Under the pieces are notes generated by a model that searched no databases, was not told the origin of the DNA, and worked only from the letters and a program-made list of their open reading frames with translations. Shown here piece by piece: positions 29,403 through 40,700 of a stretch of DNA of 64,000 nucleotides (its first letter is position 1; every line of letters starts with the position of its first letter). The position numbers and the translations under genes are program-made. The stretch lies in the sequence record MK268344.1; one strand, 5' to 3'.

Positions 29403-31673
29403 ATGAGTTACAGTTTTCAAGATTTATACAATGATAGTAAAACACTTGCTCTAAGCCTAGGCCATGAGTTCATGACAATTGACCATCTAAGTGCAGTTGC
29501 TCTTAAAGTTCCAAGTGTTAAAGAAGCACTAGAATCTTTCGCGATTGACACGGATAAACTAAGTCAACGTATCGAAACTTATCTACGTGAAGTTCCGCCA
29601 CCACAACTTCCAGTTTCGGTGAAAGAAGCTATTGCTTCACATCAAGTTCCAGTGTCAGTACTAGTGACACGTGTTATGTACGAACTAGAAAAACAATCAG
29701 TACTCGAACAATTAAAAAATGATGATTTTACGATTGAAGGTTTCTTTGTTCTATTTGAATGTTTATCATTCTCCAACACGGCACTAGAAGTTGCTCTAAA
29801 AGAACAATCAATGTCCCGTTCTGAAGTTGCACGGTCTCTTCAGAATTATGTATCAGAACAACGTTCTGATGTAGATTTAACAAAAAGTGTTAAAACTGAA
29901 CAAAAAGGAGGCCGTGTGGCTCAACAGCAACCATCTTCTGGTAAGAAATCTATTGAAGATTACACTACCAACCTAACCGAGCTAGCTCGTGAAGGTAAAC
30001 TCGATCCAATGATTGGTCGCGAAAAAGAACTAGTTGCTCTAATTGAAACGCTATCTCGTCGTACTAAGAAAAATCCATGCCTTACTGGTGAAGCAGGTGT
30101 TGGTAAAACACAGATTATCGATGGTCTAGCACAAGCTATCGTTGATGGTAATGTACCTGAGCACATGAAAGAACTAGAGATTCTTTCTCTTAACATGGGT
30201 TCATTCACTGCTGGTACTAAGTATCGTGGTGAGTTTGAAGAACGTGTTGATAATTTCCTAAAAGAAATTAAAAAGCGTGAGAACACCATTGTATTCATTG
30301 ATGAGATTCACACTATCATGGGTGCTGGTTCCTCATCTTCCGGTACTATGGATATGAGCAATCTAATTAAACCAGCACTATCTCGTGGTGAAATTAGTGT
30401 TATTGGTGCAACTACATATGATGAATATCGTCAACATATCGAGAAAGATGGGGCACTATCTCGTCGTTTCATGAAAATTGACGTAGTTGAACCAACATTT
30501 GAAGAAACTGCTGAAATCGTAAAAGGTATCAAATCCAAATACGAAGAGTTCCACGGCGTAACTTATGCTGAAGATGCTGTAGATGCAATCATGGAACTAT
30601 CTAGTAAGTTCCTACAGAACCGCCGTTATCCTGATAAGGCTATCGACCTACTAGATGCGTCAGCAGCTAAAAACCGTACCAAATCAGGTACTGATCTAGT
30701 AGTTACCCGTAAAGATATTGAAGAAGTTGTTGCTGGTATCGCAAACCTAGAACTTTCTGTAGTTGCTTGTACTGAAAGTACTCGTATGCTAGAATTACCA
30801 GAACTACTACGTAAACGTGTGTTCGGTCAGGAAGAAGCAGTACAAAAACTTGTCGATAACGTAATGGTAGCTCGTGCTGGCCTACGTGATGCTGCAAGCG
30901 TACAAGGTGCATTCATGTTTGTCGGCCCATCCGGTACTGGTAAAACTGAAATCACCAAAGCTCTAGCTGATTCAATGGGTTCTAAACTAATTCGTTTCGA
31001 TATGTCTGAGTTCTCTCAAGAACATACTGTTGCAAAACTAATTGGTTCACCTCCCGGCTATGTTGGTCATGACACTGGTAACGGTCTACTACTAGACCAA
31101 GTAGAGCAACATCCAAATGCTGTACTACTACTAGACGAGATTGAAAAGGCACATCCTAAAGTACTACTAACCTTCCTTCAGGTTCTAGATGAGGGTCGTC
31201 TAACTGGTTCTAAAGGTAAAACTGTGTTCTTCAATAACGTAACAGTTATTATGACTACTAACCTAGGGGCAGCAGATTCCGAGAAACGTAGCATGAATAT
31301 GGGTTCGAGTGAAACTGGTCAGGATAAAGCTATTAAAGAATTCCTACCACCAGAATTCATCAACCGCATTGACGCAATTGTGAAGTTCAAAGAACTATCA
31401 TCTGAAGCAATCGATAGTGTCATTGACAAATTCATGTCACAAGTTTCTGCTGCTGTTGCATCACGTAATGTAACTGTAGTTCTAAATGATGATGCACGTG
31501 CATGGTTAGCGAAGAATGGCGTTCAACGTGGGATGGGTGCACGTCCTATGAAACGGACTATTGAACAGAATATCCGTCTACCACTAGCAAAAGAAATGCT
31601 TTGTGGATCACTACAAAATGGTGGAGTTATCAAGTTCGGTGTTGAAGATAACAAAATCGTTATCGTAAAATAA
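29403..31673 (+). CDS. clpA: ClpA-like Hsp100 AAA+ chaperone
   Basis: N-domain, GKLDPMIGRE, Walker A GEAGVGKT and GPSGTGKT, pore loops KYRGEFE and GYVG, MGARP. At 756 aa there is no ClpB middle domain. Confidence 0.9.
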   Translation: MSYSFQDLYNDSKTLALSLGHEFMTIDHLSAVALKVPSVKEALESFAIDTDKLSQRIETYLREVPPPQLPVSVKEAIASHQVPVSVLVTRVMYELEKQSVLEQLKNDDFTIEGFFVLFECLSFSNTALEVALKEQSMSRSEVARSLQNYVSEQRSDVDLTKSVKTEQKGGRVAQQQPSSGKKSIEDYTTNLTELAREGKLDPMIGREKELVALIETLSRRTKKNPCLTGEAGVGKTQIIDGLAQAIVDGNVPEHMKELEILSLNMGSFTAGTKYRGEFEERVDNFLKEIKKRENTIVFIDEIHTIMGAGSSSSGTMDMSNLIKPALSRGEISVIGATTYDEYRQHIEKDGALSRRFMKIDVVEPTFEETAEIVKGIKSKYEEFHGVTYAEDAVDAIMELSSKFLQNRRYPDKAIDLLDASAAKNRTKSGTDLVVTRKDIEEVVAGIANLELSVVACTESTRMLELPELLRKRVFGQEEAVQKLVDNVMVARAGLRDAASVQGAFMFVGPSGTGKTEITKALADSMGSKLIRFDMSEFSQEHTVAKLIGSPPGYVGHDTGNGLLLDQVEQHPNAVLLLDEIEKAHPKVLLTFLQVLDEGRLTGSKGKTVFFNNVTVIMTTNLGAADSEKRSMNMGSSETGQDKAIKEFLPPEFINRIDAIVKFKELSSEAIDSVIDKFMSQVSAAVASRNVTVVLNDDARAWLAKNGVQRGMGARPMKRTIEQNIRLPLAKEMLCGSLQNGGVIKFGVEDNKIVIVK

Positions 31674-31676
31674 AAA

Positions 31677-31700
31677 AAAAGAGGGCGAAAGCCCTCTTTT
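31677..31700. terminator. Bidirectional terminator
   Basis: aaaagagggc-gaaa-gccctctttt (GNRA loop). Confidence 0.9.
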
Positions 31701-31709
31701 TGTTTTTTA

Positions 31710-34700
31710 TCATTTAAGTAATGATGATAGTAATGTACCAGACACTTGTAACGATGAACTGAAAGTACTTAAAGGTATAACAGGATAGTTATTTGCATAC
31801 ATATACAATTTATCCTCTTTTCCTAAGTTTATCCCAACATCAGTGATTGGTGTAGGATAATAGATTTCAGCACTTCCCTTGTATCCTCTTACTGCATTTC
31901 CATTTCGACGAATAAGTAGTAATTCTGAATTCAAGGAAACAATATCACCCTCAGAACTAGAAACCCCATTCACAACGTTTCCAGTAATTGATACTTGACC
32001 AACTGCTTTAGGTTGTGAAACGTAAGTAATATTCTCGATACTATCGTTAACAATTACCGTACAACGACTATTGGTTTGAATGAATACATTATCAACTAAT
32101 GGTAAACCATAAGTCCAATGTCCTTCATCTTCATCACCAACAGGTGGAACAAATACAGGTTTAATTGTAGATGTATTGTACTCGTATACATAAATCTGTA
32201 ATGAATCTTCTAGTTTAGAGCGAACAAGTTCGCTTAACACACCTTCACCATAGATTGGTTGGTAGTATCCGTGGTCTATTTCTACACCATTTTCCTCAAA
32301 CACTTCGTTGGAGATATACCATACATCATAGTCATCTATGTCATATCCATCATCATATGAGCCACCATCCAACATAACATCGTAGAACACGTCATAATCC
32401 ATCGCATCGACCGCATAGGAGCGATCTGCTGAGTACTTGACATATTTGCTTGTCTTGAATTCGGCGTCGTTAAACGAGGTTACACGCACGATATTGATGC
32501 TTGTATAAGGAGCACCACGTAACCAATCAGTACTTGCGTGAGTATATGTATTACTGAAAACTAGCCCAGCTACAGTTACTACATCACCATTTACCGCACT
32601 AACAGTGAACACACGTGGTCTGTTACCAGTACGAATGTTTGAAGCTGTTAGAATAGTTACGAATGAACCATCTACTGCGTTAGCTGCGTAATCTTCACCT
32701 TCTGGGGTGAACACTGCTACACTATCACCGACTTTCAAACCATGATTACTGTCTAGACGAACACGACCATTTACGTTAATTACATCGTACACATGGCTTG
32801 AGTACTTAACTTCGTTATGGTATATTTGTGTTCTGTCCATTAATGCAATTGCCTCATCATAACGTGGAATACTGACTAGAGCTTCCGCTTTATTATAAGG
32901 GTTTAGGGTTATATAACCTTCAACTTGGAAGTTGCCTTGATTTTTCAATTGAGGCATATTTTCTTCGTCGTAGGAATATCCATCAACTGTGAATCTAATT
33001 TGAGACATATCTTGTTTATTAGGGTTTAAATCCGAAATATCAATAAAATATGAGTCTTGTGTTGGAGTAACAGTATCTTTTGCATTTAGTTCTATACGTT
33101 TGGTTTGAGATTCAAATGCTAAGTTATCAAATGCATTCATATCATCGTAGTATGATTTGTCATTTGATGAAGTCATTAGTTTCTGATAATCAGAATACAA
33201 TGGATTATTTTCATCAACTGGTAGATCATCTAGATTTATTTCAGCAACGTAAACGTTATTCTGTCTTACAATGAATTCTTCTTCCATGAAGTCATCTAGA
33301 CTTTGGTCGAATGGAACATCGAAATATTGACCAGCATCATTACGAACTTGAACTAGTTTACGTGGGGCCATTACCATACAATAAGCATCAATATCACGAT
33401 TATCTAGAATTGCTTTTGCGAATTCGTAATGGTCAGCACTATCTGGATCATATGAATTTCTCATAGCCGTTAGTACATAAAGTGCATCGCGATAGAATGA
33501 ATCTTCCTGATTACCATCTTCATCTGGTGAAGTCAGTTCGTTCCAACAATATAAACCATATTCATATTGTAGATAGAAGTAGATTTCATCATGTGTGTAA
33601 TTAGGATGTTCTTCTTTAACCAAATCTACAATTGTTTCAAATAGATCACGAGAATGCATTATATAACCAAAGTTTTCACCATTACTTCCAGCAAAGCCGA
33701 ATGGTAATCTAGTGTTTGGGTTATCATCAATTGCAACACCTTTGAACGGGCAATCAACTTGTTCTTCAATAGAATCAACATCTAGATTAGTATAAAGTTT
33801 CAAACGGTTAGAAAGAGTATTATACATTCTGTACTGTTGCATTGTAGTTGTAGATTCGTCGTTTGCTAACACATTCGTAGTTATTTCAAGAAGATCTTTG
33901 GTAAATTGTTCAGTTGCAGGAACATCGGCATTTAATTTCATATACATCATATCGACACCAGTTTCAAAACCTAGACCAATATCAAATGAAGGATATTTCT
34001 TCATTAATTCAGTACCAATTTTGATTTGGATTAATGCAATGTCAGCTTCTGGTTGTGTATATACATAACGCTGTAGTTTATAATGACTTCCTTTAGTTAA
34101 AAAGTCTTGTTCATTACTTTGGTAACTGTTATTAACATTTTCCAAAACATTTACGTTAGGCATATTTTCATCAGGAACACATTGAACATTATCATAATGC
34201 ATCATGATATCAATTTCTTGGAATCTTCTATTCGGTAATTCAAAATCACTTGGAAGAGAACCCTTCACTTCCCACTTGTTAGTGGTAGTATTATATTGTG
34301 CATATTCATAATCCCAAATATCTGCTTGTGATTTAACCCACTGTCCATCACGATAAATGTATCCGTTAGGATCTAAATCGTTTAGTAACCCGTTGATTTC
34401 ATCAGAATCAGATGTTTTCTGTTCAATTTGGGAGCGAATCTTAGTTCTATAAGGTTTTACTTCCTCAAAGTACGTAACAATCTGACCAATCAAGTCTTCA
34501 CTATTTGAATAGTTCTGTTTAAGAGACTGATCCAAACCAACAATATAGATGTAAGATGTTTTGAATACCCAATCAACGACAGTCTGTTCAACATGTACAT
34601 ATTTCACCATATCGAATACGATTTGACTTTGATATCCATCAAATGAATTCTTTAGTAGAGCAAGTGCTTTACGAACGTTTATTTCAACGTTACTTAGAGA

Positions 34701-37700
34701 ACCATCTTCTTTATATTGAGTGTAGTTGTTGTACAATTGGTTGTTTAACTCTACTGTACTATTCTGGCGACCAATGGCAGTCCAGATTAATAGATTACGT
34801 GAGCTATCCCTACGATATAGAGTCCACACACCATCAGCATCAGTTACGCGAATAATATCACCAACTTGATAGTTCTTAGAATTCGCAACTTCTAGCGATG
34901 CTTCAGCAGTATATTCAGTATCTTCGTTATAACCAACATCATACCAATCAGCTAATTTCCAATATTGAGTCATATCCAAGGAAGTTCCTAATGATTCAAT
35001 ATAGTCGGATTGTTTGATCATACTTTGCTGACCTTCACCTTTGTTTTCTAACGTAATTGTTACCGCAGTACCAGATGTACTTGGGTTATTCATTAGACGA
35101 ATATAACCGTTTTCGTCATAGTGTACAAAATACACGTTAGTACTAGTCAATGGAGATGGTAGTGTTCCATTAGAACTTACTAATACAGCATCATTCTCAA
35201 GGAATTTATCTTCATTAGTTGCAATTACCAATTCATTATTAAAGGTTAGTACTTTAAAGCCAACTTCATTTGGGTTTACTTCAGTAGTTTTAACATTAAA
35301 CACATCATTCATTACAACGGTGTTAGTTGTGATGTTTAAGTGACGATATACATCATTAGCTGCGTCAACAAATGTTCTACGAGCTTCAATGATATCTTTA
35401 AACCACACTTTGGATGAACCTAGACCCAATTCTGATTCAGGATAATGCAATTCTTGAACTTTACCATTACTTAATGGTTCTTGACCCATTAGTGAGTTCC
35501 ATAGGGAATTCCAAATTGATGGGTTAAAGTTATAATTATCACCTTCTTTACAAAGTTGATACTGTTCATGCTTGACCACATCATCATGATCTTCTTTATA
35601 TGTAATTGTTAGAATACTCTTATCATCTGTTACTTCATATTGCATGTCAGACATGATAAATGAGGTTTCAGAGATTGGGGAATACCAAGGAGTACTTAAA
35701 GTCAATGGATTCTTGATAATACGAGCAATTTCTTGACAAGATTTATCACGATTCTTAACTTGTGGAACATAGATACTGTTTTTAACCCAGAAATAGTACT
35801 TATTCATATAAGACTGAGTAACAGTGTCATATTCAACAAATTGACAGTAGTTTTCTTCTATCGCTTCACCACTTGGAACATAAGAGTTTTCAGTTTTGTT
35901 CAATTTGGATTGCTCATCGCAATATCTTTCCCAATCGAAAGGTTCAACTGGTGAACAAACCCATTCATAAATGTTAATTTCAGAATGTGGTAGTAATTTA
36001 CCCCAATTCACACGTTTGTACTCAAGAGTAGCAGTATTATCAACGTTACCGTTCTTATCATAGATAGGACGGGTATAGTCTAGGAAATATGCCTCTCTAG
36101 TATCCCACCAAACAGTACCTACTTTATCACTAGCCCATGCCATTTCCTCTTCACCATTGCTATTATACAATGCTGGATCATGCGAACCAATGAAACTTAC
36201 GTTTGTCATCGCTGGCCCCGGTAGAACACCGTTAATTGGGTCATAAATGTTGATGTACAATTCAGTAATGTTTGTTTGTGAATTATAAGTCGTTGCTTTA
36301 TCGAATAGCTTAGTTTCTGGTGCATTATAACTATATTTTTTGTTAATATAATCATTCTTAGCAGAAGTGTTTGCAAATCGTGACACATAACGATATAATA
36401 CAGGCTGTGGAGCAGAGAATGTCATATCAATCGAAATATCAACTGGTACAATTAATTCATTAGCTGCTGTTCCAGCATTGAAGTACTGCATTTCTGATGC
36501 TAATAGGTCAGGCATGAAGTTAGTTTCATCTACGAAGTAGAAGTAATCACCATCTTTCATTCCATGTGCTGCACTAAGAATTAATTTACAATGAGTTGTT
36601 GGTAAACCATTCTCACTTTCAATTGCTTCAATAGCAACTAGTTTAACACTAGTAGATACTAGGTTGAAAATATTCCAAGTATCGGTCATGTCATGGAACA
36701 TCCAAACAGAGTTCGGTACTTCCCCGGTTTTAGCCATATAAGCTAAACGGTCAGCGTATGCTGTTTCGTAATCACGAGTTACGTAATCAATTTCATCCAA
36801 TGTTACTGGCCCAATATCAGGTAGATTGATATTTTCACTTCTTCCACTACGAGTAGGGAAGGAAATAATACCTTTTGGACGAGTAATCCAACGAGAATCA
36901 TCACCTTGTTTACCAAAGTACACAATGTTATTATCGCCCATATTTTCAGTAGCATTTACATCAAATGTTACCAATTGTGGTTGTTGTTTAAATTCATTGT
37001 TTACCAATTGGAATTGTAATGATTTAGTTCCATAGATATTACCATAAACACCAATTTTAAACGCCCATTCTTGTAATGCTTTATACTCATCAGTATTATA
37101 AGACTTAGATACACGCAATACACGCTCTAGTACTTGGTTAGAACCTTTATCACGAATATATCCTTTATAGAAGTTCACACGTGCTGGTTCGCTTGTAATC
37201 ATCTGTAATAGATATTCACGAGATTGATAACCAATTAAGTGACGACCTAAATCACGAAGACTAACGTTTGAAACAGGATCATCCAAATCATAGTAACGAT
37301 GGAAATCAGTTACTAGAGTTTCGAAATCTGGTAATGTACCAGCTTCTAGAACAATAAAGCCCGGTGCTTCCAAACGACCATTCCAGTTTCCAGTTACATA
37401 ACCATACATACGAATTAGTTCTTGGACTGAACCGTATACTGGAATATAAATTGAATCACCAAAAATGGTTACATCATCAAACACTACCGCATGTTCATAT
37501 GATACTAGGCTCAAACGAATTAGTGCCATGCGTTTATCAATATCATCACTAACACGGACTGTGAACACACTACCTAAACGAGTTGTTTCAATTTCATATG
37601 GACGAATACCGCTATTCTCATCATCTAGTAGTGACCAAACACCACCATTAAATTGCGTTACAGATTGTACTGAACCAAATTCAGAACCAAATTTAGCACT

Positions 37701-40700
37701 TGCAGTACTTGGTGATACTGAGATATATTCACCACGTGATAGAGCTTCTTGGCTCCAAGCAAGGAAATCTTTACCGATTTGTTCCCAATCTTGAATAACA
37801 CCATCTTCGTTTTGGTCTTCAAAAATCCAACCTTTAGATTCTAGGTATTGACCATAAGAGCATAAGAAAGTATATACTTCTTGGAACGAATTGAATACTG
37901 TTCCGTATTCATATTCTTTAGTTTCTTTTAAGTACTCAACATATGTTACTACACTGCGATTACCAACTTGAGTTGTAACTTTCTTGCCATTTTTATTTGG
38001 CATCTGAACTGTGAATTTAGCACCAACTAAATCATATCCATCAATCTGATATGCAGAACCATTCCAAGTGATTTTTACAGCACTTAACACTTCGTTGCGA
38101 ATAGCAGAACTTCTTACTAAGCCAATGTGCTGACTTTCAGTACTGATTAGACCGAAAGATTCAGAATAGAAGCTAAGTTGATCTTGCTTAGTGAACCCAC
38201 CAAGTTTATGACCAATATTAATATAAGAAGAACGTAGTACATCACCATATTTGGTAGTAATGTTTTTATTCTGATATAGTAAGTTATCAGTGATTGCCAT
38301 TTGATAACCAAGTACACGGTTATTATTTTCACCATTCACTAGAGTTTGTGAATTGAAGTTTAAACGCTTGTTAGTATCACCATATAGGAACTGGTAGTCA
38401 TCCGTTACTACTTTCTTGAGAGTACTTCCACGAGTATCGTAGAAATAGTTCGCAAACTGTGCTGGTTTAGCACGATATAGCAATAGAGCTTGATCATAAG
38501 GGAACATACCAGTGTTCATGTAAGTGAATTCCATGTCACCCATGTCACCATAAGCCCAAGGTTCTGAACGATGATTTAAAGCACCACTTACTAGCCCTAG
38601 AACTTCAGGGGCAATTAGTTCAAAATCGTAAATTGTTTCACCTGATGATGTTTGACCATTTGGTGTTAGTTTAAATGGTTGTTTACCACAACGTTTGTAT
38701 TTGTCATACTGACCAGCACGAGAACCAAATAGAATCGTACCAGTGCTTGCATCACCTTTAATACTACCAACATCCCATAGTCCACTAGGAACTAGGTCAC
38801 CATTCTCATCAACTACTTCAGCAGTGTATACAGTTACAAAATCAGTTGCACCGTCACCAATACGAACGATAGTCGGTTCGTATTCTTGGTTCCACCAAGC
38901 AGGACGTTGAGCAAAGCCAAACATTTCCCACGGATGAGTTGCAGGACGGTAAGTACCGTACATGTCAGTGTAAATTCCACGCCATGAACCACGAGCAGGA
39001 TAATCAGTTACTTTTCCATCAACAACATAAGTAGTTCCGGTGTAGTTCCAAGTCATCCAATTACTTTGGTCATAGTTGTTAGTACTGTTACTAATACCAT
39101 TAGTTGCGATGAAGTTAATGTAACCACGTAATAATAGAGTATTATATTCAGAAGAATCATAATCAGTATTAGGGTTAAATGGAGTAGGGAATAGATCACT
39201 AGCATCCATTGGTGGTTCATAATCAACAACTTTAAATGAGTTATCAATACTATTAAAAATACGGTTTTCTAATTCATAAATTACATCATCCATCTTATCG
39301 ATGCCGTTAATAACTTTGTATGCTTTAGAAATAATACCAGTATGGCTTACGTTGTAGCAGCCCAATTCTTTACCAGCATAAATGTATGTTGCTTTTTGTG
39401 GTGTATATGCTTTTAGAATACCCATAAATTGTGGTGTAGGTGGAATAAAAGTACGGTTAGTACCAACGCTACTACCTACAGCATCTAAGAAGAATGGGAA
39501 TGTATTATTTTTACCAACATTGATAGTACTGAAAATAGCATCAACGATATTAGAAGCACTATTCGCAAGGAAAGCTGCTTTATCATCATTGTACATATTA
39601 ACCATTTGAGTATTGAATTTATTCAAGAAGCGGAAATATTCTGATTGTAAGAACATAAATGCTTCGAATAGGTCAATATCCTCATTAGCAGTGTTTAGCA
39701 TTAATGGTAGCATTGATGCTTCGTTCTGGATGATTTGAGTACCAACAGAGTTGTCAACTAGGCCAGCTTCTAGACGTTCTTCATAGTTGTTGAAATCATC
39801 TACTGTACCTTTTGTAATATTTTTACGTACAATTTCTCGGAAATGTGGAGTATAATCGCCTTGGTGAATATACTTGATATTTTCATTATACGGGTTGTTT
39901 TTTAGGTTGATTGGAATCTCATAAGAACCGAGATTAAAATCAGGAGTTACTTCTTTACTATATGTACGAATACAAATAACAGTATCTTCATCTATATCTA
40001 CTTCATTGTCGATTGTTACATAATCAATCATACCATCAGTGTTTAGCTGGACAGTATAGTTTTCAGTTTTTACACCGTTGATATCAATTTCAATAGTTTC
40101 ATTTGGGTTATTTGGGTTAATTTTTTGTGCTACTTCATATTTGTGATTATACACATCATAAGAAGCTGCTTGTTCATTAGTACGGTGCCAATCCATGAAA
40201 GTGCTGTTTTCGGCTTTGTAATAACGATAGGTTGCATCAACGCTACGAACATATGCAAACATATTTTCTAGTGGTGATTCAAAGTTTTCCATTTCGTCAA
40301 CAGTGTCGAATACACGATACATTGCTGTTTTTGTTACTTCTGGGACTTGGAATACATATTGTTTGGAATTCTCTTTAGAACGAACCCAATCAGTTTTTAG
40401 AGTGCCAACTATTTCACCATCAACTTCATTGATAACGTTATAGTAATATAAACCTTGAATTTCAGTTGTTACACCTAGTTTATCAAACTCATAGCGAATA
40501 CTTTGTAGGAAGTTCTCAAATACATAATAGTTGTATGAGCTTAGTTCTACGTTAGTGTCATAAATGCTACTGTAGTTGTAATCAAAGTTAACTTTTAAAC
40601 CAAATAATGAAGAACCCTTGAAGTTAGAACTTGGGTAAATTTGACCATCACTTAATTTAACACCATTACGGTCATATAATTGAAATAGTGGGAATGTATT

